DNA of 64,000 bases from Pecten maximus (Eukaryota), in contig NC_047030.1 in NCBI RefSeq assembly GCF_902652985.1, positions 31,186,001 to 31,250,000 of the forward strand. The letters are read 5' to 3'. Made by a program: the position numbers and the translations under genes. The first letter of the stretch is position 1. Each line of letters starts with the position of its first letter. The notes under the pieces are model-generated. The model was not told where the DNA came from and did no database searches. It saw only the letters and a program-made list of their open reading frames with translations. This document shows, piece after piece, positions 26,254-38,616 of the stretch.

Positions 26254-26756
26254 AAAAAGTGTAGGAGCTTTATAAGCAGTCGACATCTCATGGAAATCGG
26301 GGTTGAGAGAGCAACCACTTGAATTTCAAAGCCCACTGGGTCTTTTAAATACGAAAATAACAAATGTCTTATTTCAAATATCTGTTCAAACACCGGGGAT
26401 TAAATCATCTTTAATCTGTTTGGTATTTTCAGCAAAACATTCAACTCGACAATTCTGATGACACCAATAACGACCCACAGAATCAGAACCGGACGAAGTT
26501 CAAGATGATGATTTGGATGCTGCTGTATTTCTACTTGGCAAGGATTTGGGGTACAACAAGAAACTTTGTACGTATAGTAGGCCTAGGTGTGGGATCGACC
26601 GTTCCCGGGTTTGAATCTTTGGATGAACATTTCTTCATACACGCGCAGTCTTTTGGAGACTCTATGCAAGGAACGATCAACTTCATAATGTTTTGTTGTT
26701 GTGATAAAGATGTTCGCAGTGAGATGATAGAGCGCTGCTGCAGGAAATCAAAATGA
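23126..26756 (+). CDS. GPR157-like (cAMP receptor-like family) 7TM receptor, paralog A, 3 exons, ~339 aa
   Basis: Exons 23126-23609, 25715-25926, 26433-26756 (GT-AG, phases 1 and 0, 1020 nt). Motifs shared with GPR157: LCVTQSFICTF, HCIAWFIP, GSWCWID, LLWMLFTKQIWE, RIWGT.R, GDSMQGTINFIMF. Confidence 0.9.
23627..23804 (-). mobile_element. V-domain tRNA-SINE inserted at the start of GPR157-like A intron 1
   Basis: Family match; perfect 12 bp TSD TTGACTATACGT at 23615-23626 and 23805-23816. Confidence 0.9.
23911..24106 (+). mobile_element. V-domain tRNA-SINE, slightly 5'-truncated
   Basis: Family match from GTTAAGGT..CCGACACTTTATCAC to AAACAAAAACAAAC. Confidence 0.9.
24345..25592. repeat. G/T-skewed minisatellite / low-complexity tract (35 bp unit TGAGGTGAATGTGTGGTGGTGTAGTGTATAGTGAA)
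   Basis: Near-perfect 35 bp units at both ends with a degenerate (GTG/GT)n core; very few C on the + strand. Lies in intron 1 of GPR157-like A. Confidence 0.92.
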
Positions 26757-28287
26757 CGCTGCCATGGATCATTTATTAGATAGCACAAGCAATGATAAAA
26801 AAAAGTATAATGGTATTTCTGAGACCTATATTGCTGTTATGTCATTGTAGATGTTTGAGGAGGGAGGGGAGGGAGAGGGAGGGCGTAGCAGAGGGTTGTG
26901 GAACGGGTGAAATGAAAATTGTGTGAAGTGCTGATATATTATAACTTCAAAAGGTCGAATAATCCTCAAGACGGATATCTCGCACAATTTGCATTGTTTG
27001 CTGTACCTTTTTGAATACATTCTTATGACTTTTGAAACTATTGTAAGGTTCAAAAGGTCTTCCTTGTGATCAGTTTGGACAAACACGATTGGTGAGAATA
27101 CCAATTAAACCAACTAAATACAGCGCACTAGGGAATGCAGACTCAAGGGTGGAAGGGGAACGATTTTTTTTTTTTTAAATGAAGTGTTTTCTTTTCCTTC
27201 AAAATTCGGCCGAGAAAGTTGCCGATACTCAACACATGGAGGGTCTGGATCCCGTTGCTGAAACCATTATCGCAATATTATGACGTAGATTATGGTGTTC
27301 TCAAGGATGTAATGTTCCAATCATTGGTCCAATCTGATTTAACATAAGTTTATGTTAATGTTATGAAAATGACTTGTTAATTACCTGTAAATACACATTA
27401 ATTAATCTAGAAGGACTATATAGATGTACGGTATACTTAGTAGTATTTATTGTTTGACTGTGTCTATAATTGAATTCAAATTTGATACATTAAATATGTG
27501 ATCGTTTTTGCAGTCTATGTAGCACGAAGTAACGGATCCATGAACATATGCTTTTAATCAGGTTCTCATTTGTGTCATTTGTAAAATCAAAAGACATGCA
27601 CATGACTTTGGCATTTTCGTCCTCCCGTCATTTCACATTTCACATAACTGTGTAATGTCAATAGATAAAACAACACGGTGTTATTTAACAAATATTTCAC
27701 TTTCTTTGTCTAATGACAACCACAATAAAAACATTATTATCTATTAGTAATGTAATATATTATCACATGTTTTTCAATATGAATTATTATAATTGTAATT
27801 ATCGTTGCACGTGTATCAAGTTCAATGACTGAGACAGGCATGATACAAAATCTAGCCTACGGTATTCTGTGCAGATTTCCAAACTATGTCCAAATTTTTA
27901 ATCTTTACACAAATATTATATGCCAGTATTTAATCTTTACACAAAGTATTATATGCCAGTATTTAATCTTTACACAAATAATATATCAAATTAAATCAAT
28001 TTTTACTGTGTTTGTTGTTTTTAATCTGATTTATAGATACATGTGTATGGCATTTTGTTGTAAAAAAACATATTGCGTGCTAGCTCAATTTTGTGTTAGC
28101 TTTTAAAGCTCTGCCATATGTTTGGCAACTATATGTATCAAAGCAATACAATTCAAAACTGATGTTAATCTTTTCAATGCCTTTTGGCGTGAATTGTGAC
28201 GGAAGTCTACATTTCTTTCTAGTTGGTTCCTACCATAGAAATGCCTGTGGCAATATACGTATAATGCATTAAACTTCTCAAATCTAA

Positions 28288-28478
28288 ATTGCTTGATCCT
28301 AAGAGGCGACTGAATTTGGGATGTTATCTATTGTCCTCTTTCTAGTAACGGTATTCTTCTAATATCCTTCCTTGATACAGACTCACATTATTTGGCCATT
28401 AGCCAAGCGTTCGTTCCCGTGAGGAAGGGTTCTTTCCCCTGGCAGAGACTTACGAGAGGCTATGGCAATAGTTGAACT
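28288..28478 (+). mobile_element. Old, diverged 5' portion of the Meta-type SINE family found intact at 61216-61739
   Basis: TTGCTTGATCCTAAGAGGCGACTGAATTTGGGATG...CCCGTGAGGAAGGGTTCTTTCCCCTGGCAGAGAC aligns with the reverse complement of ~61520-61700. Confidence 0.7.
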
Positions 28479-29105
28479 AAGACCACAATTAGCTTCGCTA
28501 TATGTTTCATTGTAACATTAAAATTCATCATAAATCCCCCAAAATCTCATATACAACTTTCCATCTCACCTGGCCAAGACCAACATCTGAGAAGCAAAAC
28601 ATAAAAGTTTCAACAAAGCATGGACTGTTTAGCCCTATTATTTGAGTTATGCGTAGCCTCCGCCGTCTCATTAGAATCCAACTTCGCCAAAGAGCTGGTG
28701 AACAACTCCACTTCAGTAGAGATCGTGTTGGGTTCTTTGGGAGGCGCCATTTTGACCAGTGGTCAGTACAAACTTTACAAGCAGATTAATGCGTTATATA
28801 TGGATGGCTAGTGATTACACTACCTCCAAAAATACGTAGGCTATTGTAGACGATTATGCCATAATTTTTAACAGTCGATGATAAAATAAATAAGCAGATT
28901 ACTGCTGATTGAAAATTGATAAAAAGTTGCTTCTTGTTAAATATGGAACCTAAGCGCACTGACTCTGGGACCGGAAGTGTCTTCTCATTGGATCCCTGAT
29001 TGACCTGATGACGAGGTAGAATTTCCTTTATTATATATATATATATATTATTTTTTATTTCATCGATTTTTATATTTTTTAATTGACAAAAATGGTTTCA
29101 CAGTA

Positions 29106-29415
29106 TCGATTTGCTTAGAGGAACAAGGACGTATCTCCAACATTTATCAATTTTTTGATGTAAATTACAATTCCAACTGAGCATTTCTTATAGAATATGT
29201 GCTTTATATCAATGGAAATTGTCTAATTCTTTTAAATCACATAGTATTTTAACAGAATTAAACCATTTCAATTGATATAATGTACAAATTCTATAAGAAA
29301 ATTTCAATCGTATTTCTAATTTATTAAAATCTAAAAATTGGTAAATTTGAGATACGGCCCTTTACTTCCAAGCACTCCATGTTGGAGATACGTCCTTGTT
29401 CCTCTAAACAATCGG
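29106..29415. mobile_element. MITE with ~37 bp TIRs and TA flanks (Tc1/mariner-type)
   Basis: TTAGAGGAACAAGGACGTATCTCCAACAT near 29114 is the inverse of ATGTTGGAGATACGTCCTTGTTCCTCTAA near 29379-29407. Confidence 0.85.
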
Positions 29416-30064
29416 TATGAGTGATATGATACTGTATGATAAATAAGACATGGACACGTTCTTAATGCGGATATGTCATTGTATTAGATATGTTAAGATA
29501 ATTAACACGGGATTCAGCACTTGATTGAAATGAATTTAATAAATAAAGATGGTCAAATGTAATCACACACCTGCTAGAGACTTGATAGTCTTCATGTCTA
29601 AGGAACTAAAACGAAAAGCGGTAATTTTTACTGATGGAAAATATCACTTTTTCTTATTTAACCAATCAAAATACTGCTTGCAAATGACATTTGGGAAAAT
29701 GAAAAAGCTGACCCGGGATGTTTTGTTATCTAAATGTAATAAAAAGAATATGTAACAGTATCTTCAGTAATACAAAATATATTTCACTCGTGTGGCTAAT
29801 AATTATATCATATTATTATATCAAAATATTAGCCCCACTCGTGAAATATATTTGGTATTATCAAAGACACTTAGATATCCTCTATTTACCTTCAGGAAAA
29901 TCTCGTTTTCAAAGCTCTCTCTGTAATCTTTACTTCGTCTATATGTTAGCGTTGTTTTATATTTTTCATACTTACAATAAATTATAATAATTAAAACATG
30001 GTTGTGGTGTCATCTATTGTTATAGCATGAAGTATAGTTGAGACATGCCTACTATTATCACCTA

Positions 30065-30300
30065 CACAGCCAATGTTTCTTCACGTGAATTTCACGTGAA
30101 AAAATTCACATGAATTTCACGTGAAATTCACGTGAAATTATTTGCACGTGAAATTCACGTGAATTTCATGTGAAATTTTTCACGTGAAATTCATGTGAAT
30201 TTTTTCACGTGAAAAAAACAGCATATAAAAATCAAATGGACAAAAATTCACTTTTTTACCGCTTTTCACGTGAAATTCACGTGAAGACATATTGCCTGTG
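30065..30300. mobile_element. MITE built of palindromic TTCACGTGAA repeats, TA target duplication, nested in another element
   Basis: TIRs CACAG(C/G)CAAT..TCTTCACGTGAATTTCACGTGAAAA; TA at 30063-64 and 30301-02; 10 CACGTG hexamers plus 3 CACATG/CATGTG variants. Confidence 0.9.
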
Positions 30301-31183
30301 TACAGCTAGGGAATAGTTGGAATTCATTGTGGAATAGTTACAAAATATTCAACAGTAATACAAGAACTATTCCACAGGAGAAGGTGATAAAAATAGATCT
30401 GTCTAACCGCTACTATATATTGTTTTGATTTTGATTTTGCAAACAATATGAAATTGAAAAATAACACTTAACAAAAAAAAGATATGCATAATCCACGAGG
30501 AAGTTTTAACTTGATAAATCCAGAATTCCAAGAGCACAACATATTCTCTCCAAAAGAAATCACAGAAGCGTGACATTTGTGTCTGACTAAAAATACCATC
30601 TTAGCATGGACACATTTCACGAAAATACCACTGAATTCCAGTAATTATTTATTACTATGTTCTGTCATTTTGTTTATTTCTGTTATAAATCTTCCTAAAT
30701 TAGAATCGAGATCTTTGGCAGAAAACCATAACTCTTCCAGGCCTCAAGTGACTGACTGTCCAGTTTGCCACGGTATTTCTGAGACTGTCGGTTATGTTGG
30801 TGTTCCAATTTATGCTCTGTTTCCTGCATTGCTTGATTATGTTCGGTTCTGAATCGATTGCAAACGATATATGTCCGAAAGAAGATCTCTTTTGAGGTCA
30901 AACGTAATGTTAGTTACTTCACTACAGTACTGTACACAGTCCTCCATGTTGAAGAGTGAAATATGAACTGAGTACATTTTTCAGCAGTAGCACCTTGGTA
31001 CCTGTGAAACATTCACAGATTTCATGCCAAGCATGTTTTTAAGTGAGGTTAACAATGTGAATAGGTTTCAGAGTGCAACATGTAAAGGTTTACCTAGAAC
31101 AGTGGAATAGTTGAACAATACACCTGCGTAATAGTCTAATTGTATAATGCCATGTTTCAAGTATGGGAAACACCTCCGAAACT

Positions 31184-31352
31184 TTACCACCGCTGGGTTG
31201 CGAATTCGAAACCCACGTGGGGCAGTTGCCAGGTACTGACCGTAGGCCGCTGGTTATTTTCCTCCGGGTACTCCGGCTTTCCTCCACCTCTAAACCTGAC
31301 ACGTCCTTAATTGACCCTGGCTGTTAATAGGACGTTAAGCAAAATAAACCAA
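31184..31352 (+). mobile_element. V-domain tRNA-SINE, 5'-truncated
   Basis: Family match; AAACACCTC(CG)AAACT on both sides. Confidence 0.88.
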
Positions 31353-31588
31353 ACACCTCAAACTGTGGTTACAGGCCGAGAACTATGTATTATCTCCACT
31401 ATTCCACAATGTTCAGTGTTTCTCTTATACATATACAGCATACATTATTTTTTTTACAGATAATTTCCAAGTCAACTCACTAAAAAGATAAAAGATAATG
31501 GTTGGATACAAAGTGAAACACAAATTCTAAATTGATAACACACAAAAAGAATATTTTGGGCGACATGGAATAGTAACCGTATGCTAAT

Positions 31589-34500
31589 TTAGCTGTAATT
31601 TTTGCGTGTATGTCCGATATCACTGTCCAATATCGGAACCGTGTAAGAATCCTCATCTTCATCATCTTTTCTGCAGCAAATCGTATCTAGAAATTTTCGA
31701 TTGATTGTCTCCCGGACCTGACGCCAAACATTGTCATCACAGTAGCAAAACATCAGAAAGTTCAGAGTTCCTTGCATAGAGTCGCCAAGAGATTGGGCAT
31801 GTATAAAGAATTTTTCATCATACGGTACGAATCCGGGTACTGTCCCTGATCCATAAGCCAAACCAATGATACGAACAAGATTCCGTGTTGTACCCCAAAT
31901 CCTTGTGACGTAGAAGTAGAACAACATCCAAACCATTACATTGAACTTCGGATGGTTCCGGCTTCTTCCGGAAATAGATATTGATAGCTCTCCATTTTCA
32001 TTAAATTCATGGAACCTTTGATTTATCTGAAATCAAAATTAAACCAAAATACAAAAAATAAAATAAACGTTTAAAGGGATTTTTCGTCATAATAAGTTCA
32101 AACTGTAATGAATTAAACAAACATTTGTCATATCACTTTCAAGTTATCAAGTTTCTTTTTAAATGTATGTATGACTAATTATGTTCATACTTAATGCTAA
32201 TATGATATTTTCTAAATATATAAAGCATATAAATGTATAATAAAATCATACTATTTGGCCTCGTGTCCTTCGCATTCTTATCCTCATCCAAATGGTGATG
32301 ATGATCAGAGAAGCTGAAAGTAGGTAAATAAATATTTCCCATATCTGCTTGGTAAATAACATCCAGAGGAGGCGTTGTTTGTTGGACAAAGAATCATCGT
32401 CGATCCAACACCAGGATCCAAATCGAGACTTGGCATCGCCTAATGCTCCCGTACTTGTTGCAGATATGGTAATCAATGCTGTAAAATGAAATGATGTCAA
32501 CAACTTATGGGAGTTTTAATGATTAGTTCGTTAGCATATGGCAAAAAATTGTTTGCTGCGTTTATTGGTTCATGAACATCGAGGGTTTTGAAGCGAAGTT
32601 TTCTTGTAGTAACTGGTGGCTACCACACTGAACAGTATACGCGAGGCCCATTGCATGCTATTCAGAACAATACCCATGGACTCCAATACAACAAGCAATC
32701 GATGTGTGATATTCTCTGATTCGACGAGAGATACACTCATCTCAAGGTGGAGGTTTCGTGTGTTTTACCAACTGATACATCATGGTCCATTACGACAGAC
32801 GTATTTAATAAACATGTATGTATTATGTAAGCAAAAACTATAACTAATAATCAAGTAGCAATTTGGTATTACATGTAATTATATTTTAGAGATGATCATT
32901 GATTTAAGGACGGGGCGACCAAGGCATCTACCACTTTCCATAACCAGTGGCCCACTCCTGTCTATTCTTCTGTAATGTCGGCGATTGACATTGAATATAT
33001 ATCAAATGCTGATAGAATATCTTATAGTATAATAATATATTGTACATGTGATATAATTATTCTACAGCACCATTGTTTAACAAATGAGTGATTTACTAAC
33101 GAGATTGACAAATTATAGAAATCACCATGATCAGGCCTTAAACGAAATGTGAAGGGCAGTGAATAAAGCATGAACGTGTGAAGGAAAGAGACTAAGTACG
33201 TGATATTAAAACAAGGTTGTGACGTCATCTATTGTTAAAACATGAAGTATAGTTTCGACATGTCTACAATTATTATCTACAGCTGGGGAATAGTTGGAAT
33301 CCACTGTGGAATAGTTTCAAACTATTCAACAGTAATCAAAGGACTATTCCACAACTTAAGGTGATAAAAGTAGATCTGTCTAAACTCTATTTCATGCTAT
33401 AACAATAGATTGTGTTGATTTTGGAAAAAAAATAATTATGACAAAAATCATGATAGTTTTTGTTTTTATGAGAACTTCACTACAGTACTGTGCACAGTTC
33501 TCCATGATGAACATGGACGAGCCTCAAACTATCCATTATCTTGACAATTTCACAGTTTGAGGTGTTTCCTCAATACTTACTTAATACAACTACGTTTGAA
33601 ATGGTGTGAATGAGTATTAAACCCCCTCTTGGTTAATTTGGACGAAAACACCAAAATGGTAATGCAAAAGGTGGACTTTTCTCTTCTGATATGTCTGAAA
33701 TGACCTGTCTACTGACTTTACTTTTTAATGTGCTAATATCGTGTTAATGTCTTTTGTATATGATTTCAATATTGAACGGGAGATCTGTTGTTGCTTATAA
33801 AAACTGTATAATTTCAACAACTGAAATTTTGAAATAAAGAATTGCTGCCACAGAGAATATACAGGTCAAGTTAATTCTCCAGTGGGGCTAATACAAGTCT
33901 TCTGTTGTTGGTTAAACACACCAAGAGATCTTCTTAAGAATAGGGAGAAACTGACATATCAATTTAACCTTTCTTCATCCATTTTTTTTCTACAGCAGAC
34001 ATGTGACCTGCCTATGTAAGTAGTATACATTCGTGTTATTTTTTTTTATTTTTCAGTTCAGAATGGAAATATTTCCTTATGAAATTCAATATTTGTTCGA
34101 AGTGTTATTAACCATCATATTACACTATACGTCATATTGTTATCACATTGCCTATATATGTGTGTACCTAAAATGACGTCACACGGTCATTGTGTGTTTA
34201 TCTTATTCAAGGTAAATATCTATTGTTACTGCGCGTTATTGTTTACTTTTGTAATCTTAATTTGATACCAAACATCTGGCGAATTACTGATTAAACAAGA
34301 AATGAAAAATTATCTTTACACAAAAGTATTCTACTACCACGATACCTAATCAAAAGTGGTTCCCTCTTATAGGTAATGTAATGAAATACATGTTTGACGT
34401 TATCAGCATTAAAGCGATTACATAAACTATGATTAACATTATTTTATTCAAATATTTTGTATACTTTAAACGTACATAGTTTAGGCTAAAACTGAATAAT

Positions 34501-35188
34501 TCGCTAAGATAATAAGGCGTAAGGATATGCATGCTTAAAGTAACTATCATCAGATATTTTCAAGAGCGAATCCTGAAAGTAAATTCCAAAACGAACATGA
34601 AAATAAACGTCTCAAAAAACTACCAATTACAAGCACTATATTTACTCTACCAAGGACAAATACCAGAGGCACGTATATTAATATATAATATTTAAATGAC
34701 TTACCCGGAATCGTCCAGGCTACAGTGTGGTATATTCGCTTGGCTCTTTTACCTTTCATCCACTCTGACTTAATAACAGCGACACTGAAAACATACACAA
34801 TGACAAACAGTGTGTACCAAAAGGAGACCATGTCAAAAAAGGTGCAGATGAAACTTTGGATGACACAGAGAAGATCAGACTTGCCGATGTCCCCGTTTGC
34901 GTAGTGAGCTATACCCATATCCATTCCGATACAGAAGAAAAGGTTCGCCACAGCCAGACACTGTATCAAACAAATTAAAAGATCCCTCTTCGCCGCCTGA
35001 ATGATACACTGAAAAGTGAGCAGAAGAAACAATGACGAAACGATTGAGAGGTTTGTCGTCAAAAGTGTCAGGAATTCAACCCAGTTGGAAAGATCTAAGC
35101 GGGGAGGCCGTGGCGGGCTAGTAGTATAATTTCCATTTACTTCAGTACTTCCTATAAACCTATTCGTGGAAATCGTCCATGTTGCCAT
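31589..35188 (-). CDS. GPR157-like (cAMP receptor-like family) 7TM receptor, paralog B, 3 exons, ~382 aa
   Basis: Exons (minus) 35188-34705, 32478-32252, 32026-31589 (1149 nt). Same intron phases as paralog A and an identical exon-1 CDS length (484 nt). Motifs LCVIQSFICTFFD, RFGSWCWID, LLWMLFTKQIWE, RIWGTTRN, GDSMQGTLNF. Confidence 0.9.
33228..33410. mobile_element. Palindromic non-autonomous DNA element; empty-site homolog of the host element at ~30011-30430
   Basis: ATCTATTGTTA(A/T)A.CATGAA.TATAG...CTATTTCATGCTATAACAATAGAT inverted ends; colinear with 30011-30064 plus 30303-30430, without the E-box MITE. Confidence 0.75.
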
Positions 35189-38100
35189 TTTCCTGATGAA
35201 TAATATTACTCCTTCGTGCACTGTCGTTAATATCCCTCAGGTAATTATATCTCGGTACGGCGTATTGTATTCTGACATTTATGACAAGAGATACATTATC
35301 AGCTTCTGTTTCTTCTGTAGCCTCATCATAATACTATACCAGTTACGCCACTTAAGGCCACGTGAGACAATCAACATTGGTTTCACTGGTTTAACTGGTG
35401 GATTCAATTTGGTGATATGTGGCACGCACGTGCAGTGAAACAAGGAAGTACATTGCACATGTCTGTTTCAACAATTTAATCAGATGAAGATAGGATTCAT
35501 AGTTGTGACGTGTGTGACCTTATTAACTCGGCCAAGATCGAGGTGTTTCATACTAGAGGTATGATATCTAGAATAATCAAAATTCTGAATTTGATAATAT
35601 CTATTTTTACTAATATAAAATTCAACTGTATTATCAAGGTTTGTTGTATGAATAATGTCCTCGTAGTAAGCATTATTTCCAAGGTTTAATAATTTATAAA
35701 TAGATATATTTTGAATCATTTATGGTACAGGTATTGCAATATAGGCAAAACAGGTAGGTTGTTCTATTCCAACAAGTGTATTTTTTCACAAGAAATTTAC
35801 ATTTAACAATTGAACGCTTGTTAGCTTGTATATATTGCCAATATAAACGCAAGTGTTCGCAATCATTATCCTCGTTGGGTTTGATTCATTCGTAGCAAAT
35901 AGCGAAGCATTTCTATGACTTTGATCAAAATAACAATCGTATCATGTGATCTTGACTGTATCTATCGGCTCACAGGTGTAGTCCAGATTAACACTGAGGC
36001 AATGTGATACTGTGGTGACAAATGTAAATATTTCATATTGGGTAAAACCCTTGTGTCAGCATGGCAGAACGGTCAGTTACTTCCAATACGATACACATAG
36101 CAGTTGTGCTATTATAACACAACTGGTTTCCCCTTATTTTCCTCGAGATTTTGACACCTTAAACACCCGAACCAAAGGTCGTGGTTAAGGATATGATAAT
36201 AGCTATTATCACATGAAATCTTATCGCTGATACCACGTAGTGATGCATTACCTCGATATCTAGGTAACAGTAGATGTAATATATATCGACTGATATACTT
36301 GATAGTATGGGCGTCCGAAAGTAGTGTGTAGTAATAATGTGTATATCAGGGAAGGATTACGGCGGCGGCGGCGGCGGCGACGGCAACTACGACGACGACG
36401 ATAAATACATTATCATGTGTTAAAATGAACCTGCTAAATTATCTTCCAGATCGAACTTCGGGCGATGGTTTAATTATGTATAGATATATCATATCTTAAT
36501 CGTAATGTTAATTTTTGTAACTAATCAACACAGTTTTACCAATATGTATAAGTAATTGATAGTAATTTAACGTTAAATTTCATACAAATCCACATGAATA
36601 TTGAGAAACAACCGAGAATACCGAGCTAATAGCGAAAAGTGGCTACCTGTATATTTGTTTGGAGACCAATGGAAAAAGTACCTGGAGAATAAGCCTACGG
36701 CTCCCACTTTGAGGACGTGACATTACCCTTAATTGACCTAGATTTGTATCTCATGTGTCGTCGCTGAAACAGAGGATCGTTACTCTTCCTTGCTCCTTTT
36801 TTCAATATACCGTTTTAAAGGTCAGCTTGTAAATGAGTGTTTTGTTTATTATTTGCCAAACTGTTATAAACTTCAGTTCAATTTGCGCTTTCGTTAACAT
36901 GTTTGTTGTCTCTTGATGTTTCTGGTTTCTGGTTGTTAATTCAGAACTCTTCTAAAATCGATGTGACTTAGATCGAACAGATAAAAAAAGCAAATGCTCC
37001 CTGAAATGTTGAAAATAAATATTACAAACAAAGTATATCACTAATACGATTTATTGATAAAATACAAATTCTCGCCCCTTATCGCTAGGTAGTTCCAGGA
37101 CTGAGTGTTAACAAACAGTATGACCTTATTCTAAAACGTGCGATAAAAAGAGTCCCGCAATCCCGCATTGTCTTCGGGTACAGCCATTTAAAAGAACGCA
37201 ATTAATCCAAATCTCTATATACTACAAACCAGTTTTTTTCGTTGTTTCTAACTTTGACGATTTCTGCAAGGGCCCACATTGACATTTTTTGTCATCTTTT
37301 AATTCTGACCTGTCATTATAAAATTCGAAGTGAACAGTCTCCAGTTCCAGTGGTTTGGTTCGTGAGGGACATGACCTAGTAAATTACCTGCTAACAGACT
37401 GGGACATCTCTTAACATTTAAAATGCTCCGATTGAGTATTCATTATGATCAGATCGAGAATACAATTGCATGCGAAAGAATATGCATTTACATAATCAAT
37501 ATAGAATAACAATTTCAAACACAAAAAAAAAAAAATTATAAAAAATTAATACATCATTCCTTTAGCAAACCCAAACCTTTCATATATAAAATAGTTTGCT
37601 AGTGAAATACAACATAATATAAAGAACCAACATCTGAGCAACGCTATAATCATACTGTTTATTGTGCGAGCAGCATCTGATCTGATTCAACATTGATTTA
37701 TTCGCATTCAAAAGAAGAATGCTTCAGTCAACAGTTGAATGTTTGTATTTGACACCATTCATGCTTCGATCGACATCATTATACTGTAGTAGTGCCGAGT
37801 CTGATACCACGTTGGTCAGTGTAAGTTCCAGAATAATCAGGAGATGCCGATCCGTACAGAGAGTATTCATATGGAAATCGGTAATATAAATTGATTTATC
37901 TATATTTTTTTTTACTGATGTATCTTATATATTTATTGAGAAAGAGTAAGATAGCACTAGTTCGTCGTTTTATACGTTTTGTCATACAAAATCTCAAAAT
38001 TGTTTATTCATATTGAAAGATTTTAAATTTCAAGGTAAAGATCCTCTTCGGAATTCTTAATAAATTCATTGTCAATATGATACAAACTAACCTTACTTAA

Positions 38101-38243
38101 AACAAATCTATTGTTCTATTGTGTATTATCTATTGCTGTAAACTTTCTTTTTTTTGGCGTTTTCAAATTTTAGCGGATCTCACATTTTATAAATACAATG
38201 CATTTATATCGATCTTTGATAAAATTACAGACAGACAACAGAA

Positions 38244-38582
38244 ATGAGTACTAACAAGTTATCCGGGATCACGTTAATTTTCCTGTCGGCATTGATATCA
38301 ACAGGTAAGGTTGATTTATGTTTCTTGTACATTGATTTTCTTGATTTTTTGTGTTTTGTTTGATTTTTTGACAAAGATGCATTGTTTAGCTCAACTGTTA
38401 CATGAACTGCAACTTCAGATTACAAGAATATATACAGCATGGTAATGTAGAAATATAATTCCAGGAGTTAGAAACCAAATAGAAACAAAAACTTAATAAT
38501 GTTTAGAATGTTTCGTTTAGATATATTTGTATGAAAAGCATCCATTAAATTTCAGTGATTTGATTATCTTGTTTAATATCTT

Positions 38583-38616
<34 letters not shown>

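Noticed and set aside
28610-28750. Short minus-strand ORF MAPPKEPNTISTE... with a good Kozak context
   Set aside because: Stops after 46 codons with no recognisable homology or convincing in-frame donor; may be a transposon relic.
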